64,000 bases of DNA from an uncultured cyanobacterium (GTDB lineage: Bacteria > Cyanobacteriota > Cyanobacteriia > Cyanobacteriales > CAWCAG01): the NCBI GenBank assembly GCA_963803805.1, contig CAWDOD010000011.1, positions 448,001-512,000 of the forward strand, read 5' to 3'. Both the position numbers and the translations under genes were made by a program. This document shows, one piece after another, positions 41,618-52,329 of the stretch. How positions within the stretch are numbered: the first letter of the stretch is position 1; each line of letters opens with the position of its first letter. The notes beneath the pieces were generated by a model that worked only from the letters and a program-made list of their open reading frames with translations, did no database searches and was not told the origin of the DNA.

Positions 41618-43066
41618 ATGCAGCAATTATTTGAGAGTATATTTCGCCAGTCTCTACATATCTTTAATAGTAACATCTTAAAAATTGGCGACACTTACAT
41701 TTCTCTGAGTTCTATTTTTCAATTAATATTCTCTTCATTAATTGTTCTTTTCTTAGCTCGCATTGTCAAGAGATTTCTTAGAAATAGGTTATTACTCAAA
41801 CTAGGTATTGATGAGGGAAACCGCGAAGCCTTATCAACTATAATCAGTTATAGCTTAGCTACAATCGGCTTAATTACCGTCTTACAAACCACAGGCTTTA
41901 ATCTTGCCTCCCTCGCTGTTATTGCAGGGGGATTGGGGGTAGGAATTGGTTTCGGATTGCAGGATATTACCAAAGACTTTGTAAGCGGTTTAACCTTACT
42001 TTTAGAAAGAAGTCTTAAGGTAGGAGATTTTGTTGAATTTGATGGCTTATCAGGTTATATCAAAGCTATATCACTACGTTCAACAATTATTCGTACTAGG
42101 GAAGGAGGAGATGTTTTAGTTCCTAATAGCAGGTTAGTGGAAAGCAAAATTCTTAATTGGAGTTACGACAGCTATATTGGTCGTATTGATATTCCGGTAG
42201 GAGTGGGCTATGATAGCGACCCAGTTATAGTTACTGAGACTTTGCTTAATTCAGCTTATATGGAACCTCGTATTTTGGCTGAACCGATAACTAAGGTAAT
42301 CTTTCAAAATTTTGGTGACAATTCTCTTAATTTCGAGCTTCGTGTTTGGGTTGATAGAATTGATCAAGAACCAGAAATTAGAAGCTCCTTGAATTTTATT
42401 ATTGAGTACAATCTCCGTCAACAAGGAATTACAGTACCTTTTCCCCAAAGAGATTTATGGTTACGAAATCCAGAGGTATTGCGTCCTTTACATTATCACC
42501 AAAAAGATACTCAAGAAGTTGCTTCGATTCCCTATTCTTCAGGCAAATCTCAAAATTCCACCCTTCCCCTTAAAGAATTGCTACGTCAGGTAAAATATTT
42601 CCAGAATTTCACTGATTTAGAGTTGCGGAAGCTAATTGAAGTAGGCTATCGTAAGCGCTTATCTACTCAGAATATGCTATTTAAAGAAGGAGAAGCCGGA
42701 GATACTTTTTATATTATTCTTTCTGGTTCGGTAGAAGTATTTGTAGAAAAAATAGACAAACATCTTACTACTCTTGGTGCAGGAGATTTTTTAGGAGAAC
42801 TAGCTTTAATGTTAGGTGTACCACGTACAGCTTCTGTCAGGGCAAAAGAAGATACAATTTTATTTGTCATTAATCATAAATCTTTTAAGAAATTGCTTCA
42901 TGAACATCCGGATTTATTAGAGGTGGTTGTTAAAGAGTTAGAAAAACATCAAGAGGAGTTGAGTCAACGAGAAATTCAATTAAAAGAGTTAGGTACAATA
43001 GATGATGATGAAAAAAATCCTGTTAGTTGGGTAAGGAAAAGGTTTAAAAGTTTGTTTGGGCTTTGA
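41618..43066 (+). CDS. MscS family channel with C-terminal cyclic-nucleotide-binding domain
   Basis: GGLGVGIGFGLQ, VPNS, FGDNSLNF, PFPQRD; GELALMLGVPRTASV. Confidence 0.92.
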   Translation: MQQLFESIFRQSLHIFNSNILKIGDTYISLSSIFQLIFSSLIVLFLARIVKRFLRNRLLLKLGIDEGNREALSTIISYSLATIGLITVLQTTGFNLASLAVIAGGLGVGIGFGLQDITKDFVSGLTLLLERSLKVGDFVEFDGLSGYIKAISLRSTIIRTREGGDVLVPNSRLVESKILNWSYDSYIGRIDIPVGVGYDSDPVIVTETLLNSAYMEPRILAEPITKVIFQNFGDNSLNFELRVWVDRIDQEPEIRSSLNFIIEYNLRQQGITVPFPQRDLWLRNPEVLRPLHYHQKDTQEVASIPYSSGKSQNSTLPLKELLRQVKYFQNFTDLELRKLIEVGYRKRLSTQNMLFKEGEAGDTFYIILSGSVEVFVEKIDKHLTTLGAGDFLGELALMLGVPRTASVRAKEDTILFVINHKSFKKLLHEHPDLLEVVVKELEKHQEELSQREIQLKELGTIDDDEKNPVSWVRKRFKSLFGL

Positions 43067-43235
43067 AAGATTACTAATAGCTAATAGCTAATGACTAGTT
43101 GAGATGTTGATTATATTGGGAAAGGGTAATATATGATCTTAAGAGAGAATATAACTTAATTACTTGTTACTTATTACTTCTCCCATTTCCTTTTTTTAAG
43201 TTATCTTAGAAACAAATTTATTAGGGAGAGTTACC

Positions 43236-44117
43236 GTGGACTCGGCAAGTCATCAGAAAATTGTCGGCTACTTCATTGAAGAAGCTAAAGAGCATCTAGA
43301 AACCATCGAACAAGCAATGTCGGATCTTTCTTCGGTTATAGAAGAGCCAGAAAGAATCAATGAGCTGTTTCGTGCTGCTCACTCTGTTAAAGGAGGGGCT
43401 GCTATGCTAGGCTTCACTAGCGTACAAAAAACTGCCCATAAATTGGAAGATGCTTTTAAAATTCTTAAAGAAAACAATATCAATGTAGACAGCAAATTAG
43501 AAGGGCTGTTTTTTAAAGGTTATGACACTTTACAAGATTTGATTGATCGCCTACAAAGACCTTTTGGTTTACCCGATGATGAAGCAGAACAAATCTTACA
43601 AGAAGCCCAGCCTACCTTCAACCAATTACAAGCTCATTTAGATGTTTTAGTTAGTGGTGGTGTACCAGAACAAGTAGCGGTTGCTTCCTCTTCACCAGAT
43701 ATAGCTTCTCAGGCAAAACCTTTATTATTGGAGATGTTGCAGCTATTTAAACAAAAAGCCACACCCCAAAGTCGCCAAAAACTGCAACAAATATGCGATC
43801 GCCTAAGAAACTTAGCACCGACAGCCCCAAACTGGCAAACTCTGCTCAAAACCATCAAAGCGGCGATCACTAACCCCAAACATTCTTACCATACCCTCGC
43901 CCCAGCCATCATCAAAGAACTCAAGCAAGGCAGCGATTTACTCCATTTGGGCAAAGAAGACCAAATTAGCCCTAGTCAGAGCTTACAACAGCTTGCCAAA
44001 GCCAAGCAGCCTCAAATTCTTATACCAGTAGAACCCCAAGCAGCGGCCAAAACCTTACTCCAAGCTTTTAATCAACAACAGGTATCTCAGATTGTACAAT
44101 TACTTCAAGTCAAATAA
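43236..44117 (+). CDS. Hpt (CheA P1-like) domain protein
   Basis: FIEEAKEHL, FRAAHSVKGGA. Confidence 0.88.
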   Translation: MDSASHQKIVGYFIEEAKEHLETIEQAMSDLSSVIEEPERINELFRAAHSVKGGAAMLGFTSVQKTAHKLEDAFKILKENNINVDSKLEGLFFKGYDTLQDLIDRLQRPFGLPDDEAEQILQEAQPTFNQLQAHLDVLVSGGVPEQVAVASSSPDIASQAKPLLLEMLQLFKQKATPQSRQKLQQICDRLRNLAPTAPNWQTLLKTIKAAITNPKHSYHTLAPAIIKELKQGSDLLHLGKEDQISPSQSLQQLAKAKQPQILIPVEPQAAAKTLLQAFNQQQVSQIVQLLQVK

Positions 44118-44147
44118 GCTGTTCAAACCGATTTTGTCTAACCGCTA

Positions 44148-44463
44148 ATGTTCCAAATACTTTACTACCTGGTTCATACCCTAGGGCCATTCTTCCAACG
44201 GATTGGCTTTCCTTTTCGTCTGGATATTTCTAGTAATCTTAGGCTGGAGTCTTGTTAGTGCAATACGAGATACCATAACTAGAGCCAAAGAAATGCACCA
44301 AATTCCTTGTAGCAACTGTAAATTCTTCACCAACGATCATCGTCTCAAATGTACAGTAAGCCCTAGCATTGCCAACACCGAACAGGCGATAAATTGCGGT
44401 GATTATCGCCTCAATCAAACTCCTTTGATGCAGGCAATTGAGAAATTAGAAGAAAGGGTTTAA
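44148..44463 (+). pseudogene. Small membrane protein with Cys/His motif; apparent +1 frameshift near 44208-44216
   Basis: ATG 44148 gives MFQILYYLVHTLGPFFQRIGF, one base out of frame with LFVWIF..HQIPCSNCKFF..KCTV..C. Confidence 0.6.
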
Positions 44464-44606
44464 TGTTCAATTTTCAATCTTTATGGGGAACACAAGCTTA
44501 CAAATATTCTTCTTACTTATTGAAGATACTTAGTGAAATCGGCAATTCTTCTGGGAATCGCCTAAACTATTAACTGAACTAGAAATTGCGGTTAAACTAG
44601 CTCCTT

Positions 44607-46484
44607 ATGAAGTCTCAGCAGAATCAAACTCCTCATCGCCTTTTTTCCCTGCCAATACTCAAACTCATAGGAAGTGCTAGCACCTTTTTAATAGCTCTTA
44701 CTTGCAGTATTTCTCCCGCTACAGCCGCTGAACGCCTAATTCTGCGTCTTGGCCCTTTTGAACGTTCTGTGGCTGTAGAAGACTTAGAAGGATTTGCTAA
44801 CACTGGGGAAATTCCTTCTAGTTTGAGAATCTACTCTCCTGTATTAACCCCTCAAATAGGAGAATTACTCTCACGACAATTACAAGTAGACCCTAGTGTT
44901 GCTGGTAAATTCATTGATGAATTGCTTAGTTCTGCTGATGGTGATCGCCTCCTTTCACAACTCAAAGCGGCCCTGCCAGAAAGTAGCATCGAACAACTCA
45001 AAGCTGGCATTTACTTAGCCCTGCGCCAAGCTAATGGTATCAGTGCTATCAGTTTTTTACGAGCTTACCCAGAAGAGGAATTAGTAGTTGATGCTACTGC
45101 GGCGGCTAGCATTGCTTTGCAATTCAATACTGCCAATTTACAAAGCCAAATGCTTGCTCCTTTATTAGAAAAGGAATTAAAAGTAGCCAACCAACAACAA
45201 GTTTTAGCTTCCCTACCTAAAAATATTAAACCCCAAGTAATGGGTTCTGAGCAAGTAAGTCAGACCAACTTAACCCTAAAAGATGAGGAAAGAAAACGGG
45301 CGATCGCTGTAGAAATTTACTACAGTGAACAGGAGAGTCGTGGCCCTTTGATAGTTATGTCCCACGGCTTCGCTTCCAATCGCTTTTTCTTAGATTACTT
45401 AGCTAAACACCTAGCTTCCCACGGTTTTACCGTAGTTACTTTAGATCATCCCGGTAGTGACATTGAATCTATTGCCGAGATTTCTTTAGGGCTAGGAGGA
45501 GATAAACTATTACCCGCCTCAGAATTTATTGAACGCCCCCAAGATGTTAGCTTTTTGCTAGATGAATTAGAGGAAATGTCTCAGGGGAATGCCTACGCTG
45601 CCCAGAAAATTAATACCAAAGAAGTTGCAATCATCGGTCACTCTTTAGGAGGTTATACTGCCTTAGCCCTTGCGGGTGGAGAACTGGATATTAAAGCCTT
45701 AGCCTCTTTTTGTGCTAACCGCACTCCTTTAGGACGTTCTCCGGCTGATTGGTTACAATGTGCTGCTGCTAATTTAGCCGAAATTGTCGGCAAAGATACT
45801 CTTTCATTGAAAGATGACAGGATTGTGCGAGGTATCGCTTTAAATCCTTTAGTAGGGCAGCTTTTTGGGGAAAAGGGACTAGAAAAGATAGATCAGCCAT
45901 TCATGATACTCACGGGTACAGAAGATGCAATTACCCCTTCTTTAGATCACCAACTGCGCCCCTTCAACAAACTCAAAGGTGAAAAATATCTCCTTGTTGC
46001 TGTGGGTGCAACCCATATGAGTGTTAATGATATGCGTAACCTTAATAGTGAAATGGGGCAAAGTACCCTGGTTAAGGAAGTTATGGGAGAAGAAGCCGAA
46101 CCAGTACGCCAGCTTTTGCGGGGTATGAGTTTAGCTTTCCTAAACCAGTCAACCTCAGAAGCCTCAACCTATGAAGATTTTCTACAGCCAGCTTATGTCC
46201 AATCTTTCTCTTCTCCTACAATTAAGATGCGTATGACAAGCAAGTTACCCAACACTTTGGATACTTGGTTAACCGCAATTAATTTTGGTGGGGAAGGTAT
46301 TATTACAAAAGCCCCTCAGAAGCCTCGTCCTCAAAGGTTTACCAGCCGTTTTTTCCCTAAATTCCCCAATCCCTTTGCTACTAAGAAGAAAAAGATCATG
46401 CCCCAAGCGAGAAATTGTAACAGTGAGTTAGATTCCTATCTTGATGAGATGTTACATGATTATGATCGCAAGGGCTTTAGTTAG
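44607..46484 (+). CDS. DUF1400 + alpha/beta hydrolase
   Basis: Signal peptide, AAERL; SHGFAS, GHSLGG nucleophile. Confidence 0.88.
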   Translation: MKSQQNQTPHRLFSLPILKLIGSASTFLIALTCSISPATAAERLILRLGPFERSVAVEDLEGFANTGEIPSSLRIYSPVLTPQIGELLSRQLQVDPSVAGKFIDELLSSADGDRLLSQLKAALPESSIEQLKAGIYLALRQANGISAISFLRAYPEEELVVDATAAASIALQFNTANLQSQMLAPLLEKELKVANQQQVLASLPKNIKPQVMGSEQVSQTNLTLKDEERKRAIAVEIYYSEQESRGPLIVMSHGFASNRFFLDYLAKHLASHGFTVVTLDHPGSDIESIAEISLGLGGDKLLPASEFIERPQDVSFLLDELEEMSQGNAYAAQKINTKEVAIIGHSLGGYTALALAGGELDIKALASFCANRTPLGRSPADWLQCAAANLAEIVGKDTLSLKDDRIVRGIALNPLVGQLFGEKGLEKIDQPFMILTGTEDAITPSLDHQLRPFNKLKGEKYLLVAVGATHMSVNDMRNLNSEMGQSTLVKEVMGEEAEPVRQLLRGMSLAFLNQSTSEASTYEDFLQPAYVQSFSSPTIKMRMTSKLPNTLDTWLTAINFGGEGIITKAPQKPRPQRFTSRFFPKFPNPFATKKKKIMPQARNCNSELDSYLDEMLHDYDRKGFS

Positions 46485-46658
46485 GGTGACTTTAAAAAAA
46501 TGCAAGTTAAAATTGACTGCGATAGATTTTCAAATAAGTTTTGCTGACATTTATCAAAGAGTTAATTTCTCTGTTCAAGAAGATAATGCTCATGGCTAAT
46601 GCTTTAGTCTTAAGTTGATGGATAGTTTTCTCCTTTCCCTTTACCCCTTACCCGTCAA

Positions 46659-48416
46659 TTGAAAATTGACAGACTGCTTGCTTTACTTTTAATTCTTCTT
46701 AGCTTAGTTGCGATCGCACCAATGTTGGAACGCAATTATCCTCTCAATCATTCCACTCATTTTAATCTTAGTTGGGCATTTCAATACCAGAAGCAGTTCT
46801 TCGCCGGTCAGTTTTATCCCCGTTGGTTGGAATATTCTAACTTTGGTTTTGGTAACGCTACCTTTGCTTTTTATCCCCCCCTTTCGATGGTAGCAACCCT
46901 GCCTTTCCGTTTCTTGGGATTGGGGTTAGGGGGTTCTCTAATTGCTAGTATGGCTTTGGCTATTGTTTTTTTGGGTTGGGGAATGTACACCTATAGCCGT
47001 TATTTTTACCCTCTTGGCATTGCCGTAATTGTTGCCGGGGTAGGGATGTTAAGCCCTTATTTCATGGTAGATATTTATCAACGGGGGGCTATTGCTGAAG
47101 TCTGGGGCATTACTACTTTACCTTGGATTTTATGGGCTTCTCAAAGAGTAGTGAAACAACCCAAAAATTCTCAAAATATTTTACTTCTAGCCTTTATCTA
47201 CGGTTTACTAATTCTTTCCCACTTACCTACTTTATTAATATTTACTTGTGTGTGGCTATTTTTGCCTTGGTTTTTTGGTAGTTGGCAAGGGGTAAAAAGT
47301 TGCTACGGAGGATTTATTTTAGCCTGTAGCTGGACTGCTTTTTATTTATTACCGGTAATTGGCGATCGCAGATTTATTCAAATTGATACCTTCAACACTT
47401 TCACCGAATATCTTCCTCAACATCGCCTACTCTTAGAAATATCTAGGAATTGGGCAATTAAGTTTAGTGATCATTGGTTTGATCAACAACTCATCGTCCC
47501 TTGGTTAACCATGGTGGCAGTAGTAAGTTTGGGGATAGTTGTTCAATTTTGCCATAGAAGTAGGAATACTAAAAACATAGCTGCATTTTGGCTATTCATA
47601 AGCCTGGTGGCTCTTTTTATGACTACTAATCTCTTAACTTGGGTATATCAAATACTAGTACCCCTACAACGCATTCAGTTTTCTTGGCGTTGGTTAAGTT
47701 TAACCACAGTAACCGTTCCTTTACTTCTAGGATCTTTGCTACATCAAGCCGGGGCGAGGGGATCTTCCAAGGAAGAATTTTCAGATTCTCCTTATCATCT
47801 CATCCCTTGGGTAGGAAGGGGGGCGTTAAGTCTCGCCACCTGGAGTTTGGTCATTATCACTATCGTACAAGGAGTAAAAGTAACCCAAAAAGTAGATTAT
47901 CAGCCAGAAGCGATCGCTCATTTTGCTAGCTTAGCCGCAGCTAAAGAGTTTCCTTATGAACCTCACCAAGGTTTTGGCAATAGCTTGATGAACTGGCACT
48001 ATGTTTTCGCCGATGGTTTAGCCTTAATTGATGTGCCAGAATATCGGGCAAAAGAAGCCACTTTGGCAATGCCTCCCCAGAAGTTTTATCCCTTACTAGC
48101 TTGGCAAGATGGCACTATAACTAACTTAACTATCCAAAACTGGGACTATGGTAAGCGCCAGTTGGAAGTTACTAATTTAACTCCTTCTTCCCGTAAAGTA
48201 CAGTTACGAACTTTCTACTATCCTGGTTGGCAAACAAAAATAGATGGGGAAAAAGTACCGACAAAAGCAAGTTCTTCCGGACAATTAGAAGTTTCTATTC
48301 CTCCAGGAAAACACCAAGTAAAAATTTTTTATAGAGGAACCTTAATGTATTTAGTAGGGAGAGTGATTACTCTATTAACAACCCTTGGCTGTGTTATTAA
48401 AAGCTTAAATCAATAA
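46659..48416 (+). CDS. Multi-TM GT-C-like protein (PTPS-related membrane domain / YfhO-like C-terminus)
   Basis: FYPRW..GFG..F.FYPPL, RGAIAE, IQFSWRW, FYYPGW. Confidence 0.8.
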   Translation: MKIDRLLALLLILLSLVAIAPMLERNYPLNHSTHFNLSWAFQYQKQFFAGQFYPRWLEYSNFGFGNATFAFYPPLSMVATLPFRFLGLGLGGSLIASMALAIVFLGWGMYTYSRYFYPLGIAVIVAGVGMLSPYFMVDIYQRGAIAEVWGITTLPWILWASQRVVKQPKNSQNILLLAFIYGLLILSHLPTLLIFTCVWLFLPWFFGSWQGVKSCYGGFILACSWTAFYLLPVIGDRRFIQIDTFNTFTEYLPQHRLLLEISRNWAIKFSDHWFDQQLIVPWLTMVAVVSLGIVVQFCHRSRNTKNIAAFWLFISLVALFMTTNLLTWVYQILVPLQRIQFSWRWLSLTTVTVPLLLGSLLHQAGARGSSKEEFSDSPYHLIPWVGRGALSLATWSLVIITIVQGVKVTQKVDYQPEAIAHFASLAAAKEFPYEPHQGFGNSLMNWHYVFADGLALIDVPEYRAKEATLAMPPQKFYPLLAWQDGTITNLTIQNWDYGKRQLEVTNLTPSSRKVQLRTFYYPGWQTKIDGEKVPTKASSSGQLEVSIPPGKHQVKIFYRGTLMYLVGRVITLLTTLGCVIKSLNQ

Positions 48417-48553
48417 CTGATTTTTACCTACAATTGGACTTATCCAGAAGCAAGATTAAAATAGTAACTATAGCAATTCCAATCATTCCTAAAACCCTGT
48501 ATTTCTTGACTCTATTGCCTATTCCCTATTACCTAATTTCCTAAATAGACTTC

Positions 48554-49651
48554 ATGACTAAAATTCTCGTAATTGAAGACCAAGAAGACATCCGCGAAAT
48601 TGTCTGTGAAATCTTAATGGCAGAAGATTTTGAGGTTATTGATGCTGAAAATGGGGAGGTTGGTGTCAAATTAGCACGAACAGAAATCCCGGATTTGATC
48701 ATCTGCGACATTATGATGCCAAAACTAGATGGTTATGGTGTCCTGCAAGAACTGCGCAAGAATCCTAGCACCAATACTGTACCTTTTATTTTTCTTACTG
48801 CTAAAGCTTCTAAATCTGATCTCCGTCAAGGAATGCAATTAGGAGCAGATGATTATCTTAGCAAACCCTTTAGTCGAGAAGAGTTGCTAGGGGCAATCAC
48901 CGCTAGGCAGAAGAAACAAAAAGCGATTGATCAACAATCTCAACAACAACTTGATGAATTAAGGGGAAATCTTACCCGCTCTCTTCCTCACGAACTTCAC
49001 ACCCCCCTTAATGGTATCCTCGGCTTCTCACAAATTCTTATCGAAGACTACGATACTACCCCAAGGGATGATGCTTTAAAAATGCTCAAGCACATCTATG
49101 ATTCTGGTGAAAGATTATACCGAATAACACAGAATTTTCTTCTTTATGCTGAGTTAGAGTTGTGGGAAAAAGATCCCCAATCTCAAGGGCAACTGATCAC
49201 AAAAGAAGAAATGGTTGTCTATACAGAAAAGATGATCGCTCAACTTTGTCTTAAGCAAGCTGACGAGGTACAAAGAACAACTGATTTAATTTTAGAGTTA
49301 GAGCCTTTTGCTGTTAATATTTCTGAGGGGCAACTAACAAAAATCATTAAAGAAGTTTTGGATAATGCTTTTAAGTTTTCTGCTCCTGGAACTCCTGTAT
49401 CTGTCCGAACTAGTTCTCACCAAGAAATAGTAGAAATTTCTATTTGTAACTTGGGGATCGGTATGACAGCCGAGCAAATTGCTAAGCTAGGGGCTTATAT
49501 GCAATTTGAACGTAAAATTCACGAGCAACAAGGGTCAGGTTTAGGGTTGATTATCGCAAAGCGTCTAACAGAATTAAATCAGGGTAGATTAACGATCAAA
49601 AGCGTGCCAAATCAAGAAACCAATGTACAAATCACTTTACAAAAAGAGTAA
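48554..49651 (+). CDS. Hybrid response regulator-histidine kinase
   Basis: N-terminal REC; PHELHTPL; DNAFKF; GSGLGL. Confidence 0.92.
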   Translation: MTKILVIEDQEDIREIVCEILMAEDFEVIDAENGEVGVKLARTEIPDLIICDIMMPKLDGYGVLQELRKNPSTNTVPFIFLTAKASKSDLRQGMQLGADDYLSKPFSREELLGAITARQKKQKAIDQQSQQQLDELRGNLTRSLPHELHTPLNGILGFSQILIEDYDTTPRDDALKMLKHIYDSGERLYRITQNFLLYAELELWEKDPQSQGQLITKEEMVVYTEKMIAQLCLKQADEVQRTTDLILELEPFAVNISEGQLTKIIKEVLDNAFKFSAPGTPVSVRTSSHQEIVEISICNLGIGMTAEQIAKLGAYMQFERKIHEQQGSGLGLIIAKRLTELNQGRLTIKSVPNQETNVQITLQKE

Positions 49652-49766
49652 GGTATAAATCTTAAACAAATAGCCAACCTTTAGCCGTTGTTTACCATCA
49701 TAAACAATAACTAATACCTGGTTTTCCTAAGCTTTCCTACATTGATATTGACCAAAATAATTAGAT

Positions 49767-51491
49767 ATGACCAAAATTCTTGTAATAGAAGACCAGGAAG
49801 ATATCCGCGATATCATGGGTGAGATTCTGATGGCAGAAGGTTTTAATGTCGTTGATGCAGAAGATGGTTGTCTGGGGGTTCAAACCGCCCTACAGCATAA
49901 ACCAGACTTGATTATTTGCGATATTATGATGCCGGAGATGGATGGTTATAGTGTACTTACCACCTTAAGAGATAATCCTCTCAGCGCTGATATTCCTTTT
50001 ATTTTTCTAACTGCTAAAGTTAGCAAAATGGATATGCGACAAGGTATGGAGTTGGGGGCAGAGGATTACTTAACAAAACCTTTTACAAGGGCTGAATTGT
50101 TGGCTGCGGTTAATGTTCAATTGGAAAAATTGAGCAAGCGCCAAGCCATTAATCTTCGTCTCAAAGAGGTGGAAGCGCAACTGAAAAAGTTAGCTTATTA
50201 TGATAGCTTGACCGAATTACCCAATCAACTTTTATTACGAGAGCAATTCAATCAAATTAAGGAATTAGCTAGTAACAATGAACAGATCACTGCTATATTA
50301 ACTATTGATTTAGATCGGACTTCTCATCTTAACACCGGTTGGGGAAAAGTTTACGGCGATTCTTTAATTAAGGCGATCGCTAAACGACTTCTTTCCTATG
50401 TTGGCGAAGGCGATATAGTGGCAAAGTTAAGTACTAGTGATTTTGCGGTTATTTTCACCTTTATTGATGATAAGTCTGAAGCTGAAGTGAGAGCTAAGGC
50501 TATTTTAAACGCTCTAGCTAATCCTTTTATTTTAGATAGCAAACAAGTTTTTGTTACTGCTAGTATTGGTATGAGCTTCTATCCAGAAGACGAAGAGAAT
50601 ATTGATAGCTTAATTAAAAATGCTAGGGCGGCTATGTGGCAAGCTCAGAGGCAAGGAGGCAATCTTTGTCAAGTTTATACCCCAGAAATAAACACCCGTT
50701 CCCAAAGGCAATTACAGCTAGAGGGGAGTCTTTATACCGCCTTAGAAAATTCTGAATTTGAGATTCACTACCAACCTCAAGTAGAGTTGAAGACAGGAAA
50801 GATTGTTGGTGCAGAAGCCTTATTACGTTGGCATCATCCTGAGTTGGGTTCAATTTCTCCAACAGAATTTATTCCCATTGCAGAAGAAACTGGTTGGATT
50901 ATTCCCATTGGGGAATGGGTATTAAAAAAAGCTTGTCAGCAACTACAAAAGTGGACTGAAGAAGTAGGCAGTTTTCGAGTGGCTGTTAACCTTTCTGCCC
51001 GCCAATTTTCTCAAGAGAGTTTGCGAGAGACAATAGCACAAATCCTTCAACAGACAGATATTAAACCAGAGTTTTTAGAATTAGAAATTACTGAAAGCTT
51101 ATTGATGCAAGATATTGATAATGCTATTATTACTTTACAGGAACTGCAAAAGTTAGGTATTACTATTTCTATTGATGATTTTGGTACGGGATATTCTTCT
51201 TTAGGCTATTTAAAACAGTTTCCTTTTAATAACTTAAAAATTGACCGTTGTTTTGTTCGCAATATTAACCTTGATGATAAAGATATTGCTATCACTCAAG
51301 CAATTATCAATATGGCCCATACTCTTAACTTAAAGGTGATTGCTGAAGGGGTAGAAACTCAGGGAGAATTAGATTTTCTTCGCGAACATAAATGTGATGA
51401 AATACAAGGCTATTTCTTTAGCCGCCCTGTACCAGCCCAAGAGTTAAGTTCTTTGATTCGTCAAGATAAGCGTTTATTAATTGATAATTGA
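49767..51491 (+). CDS. REC-degenerate GGDEF-EAL protein (probable phosphodiesterase)
   Basis: GGDEF site reads STSDF; EALLR, DDFGTGYSS, EGVE intact. Confidence 0.9.
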   Translation: MTKILVIEDQEDIRDIMGEILMAEGFNVVDAEDGCLGVQTALQHKPDLIICDIMMPEMDGYSVLTTLRDNPLSADIPFIFLTAKVSKMDMRQGMELGAEDYLTKPFTRAELLAAVNVQLEKLSKRQAINLRLKEVEAQLKKLAYYDSLTELPNQLLLREQFNQIKELASNNEQITAILTIDLDRTSHLNTGWGKVYGDSLIKAIAKRLLSYVGEGDIVAKLSTSDFAVIFTFIDDKSEAEVRAKAILNALANPFILDSKQVFVTASIGMSFYPEDEENIDSLIKNARAAMWQAQRQGGNLCQVYTPEINTRSQRQLQLEGSLYTALENSEFEIHYQPQVELKTGKIVGAEALLRWHHPELGSISPTEFIPIAEETGWIIPIGEWVLKKACQQLQKWTEEVGSFRVAVNLSARQFSQESLRETIAQILQQTDIKPEFLELEITESLLMQDIDNAIITLQELQKLGITISIDDFGTGYSSLGYLKQFPFNNLKIDRCFVRNINLDDKDIAITQAIINMAHTLNLKVIAEGVETQGELDFLREHKCDEIQGYFFSRPVPAQELSSLIRQDKRLLIDN

Positions 51492-51503
51492 TAATTAATG
51501 ATT

Positions 51504-51878
51504 TCAAGTCCAAGTACCAACAACTACTCTAACAGTACCATCATCTAAAACTTCTTCTGTTTCTATGTCAAAACCTTGTTCTTGTACAGATTGCATTAGG
51601 GTTTTATGGGCATATTTTTGGCTAATTTTATTAATAAAGTCACGCTGATTAATCTTTGCACCCCAAAAATCAGCAACGATTTCATAGTTTTCACCGTTAC
51701 GGCGAAAACCTAAATCATAACCGTTACTTTGACGAATGACATATTCTGCTTCTGTGGTATTACCTTGATAACCCCGTACGTTAGTTTGGGATTCCACTTG
51801 ATAGCCACATTCTTGCAAAACTTGGTGTAGAATTTCGCCGTTTTTGATTTCAACTTTGATGGTGGTGAAATGAGACAT
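51504..51878 (-). CDS. DUF1257 (Ycf35-like) protein
   Basis: MSHFTTIK, VRGYQG, YDLGF, VADFW. Confidence 0.9.
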   Translation of the reverse strand: MSHFTTIKVEIKNGEILHQVLQECGYQVESQTNVRGYQGNTTEAEYVIRQSNGYDLGFRRNGENYEIVADFWGAKINQRDFINKISQKYAHKTLMQSVQEQGFDIETEEVLDDGTVRVVVGTWT

Positions 51879-51921
51879 AATATTATGAAAAATTTGTGAT
51901 TAAACATCTATGATTTTGGCA

Positions 51922-52329
51922 TCACATCCATTTAGCAACAACAACTCTAATTGTGCCATCTTCTAAGGTTTCTTCTTCTTCAATGGCGAAACCTTCTACC
52001 GGGGCAGTTGCCATCAGAGTATGATAGCCATAGCGTTGGGTTAATTGGTTTAACCAATCTTGGGAATATTTGGTGCGATCATACTCAGAAATAATTGCTT
52101 CAAAGTTACCATCACTTTGCTGTTTGAAACCAATGTCATTACTCCATTTTCCAATAGAGTGACGGCGAATAACCACTTCTGCGGTTTGTTCTCGTACATC
52201 TCCTTGATAACCGTAAAGATTTTGCGCTTCTTGGTGTACTTCTACTTGATTAAAACCAACATCATCTAAGGCTTTCACCAAAGCATCAACATCGCGAATT
52301 TCTGTTCTAATTGCCGTAAAGTGGGACAT
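51922..52329 (-). CDS. DUF1257 protein, second paralog
   Basis: MSHFTAIRT, LYGYQG, NDIGF; AAGGAGG RBS. Confidence 0.88.
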   Translation of the reverse strand: MSHFTAIRTEIRDVDALVKALDDVGFNQVEVHQEAQNLYGYQGDVREQTAEVVIRRHSIGKWSNDIGFKQQSDGNFEAIISEYDRTKYSQDWLNQLTQRYGYHTLMATAPVEGFAIEEEETLEDGTIRVVVAKWM

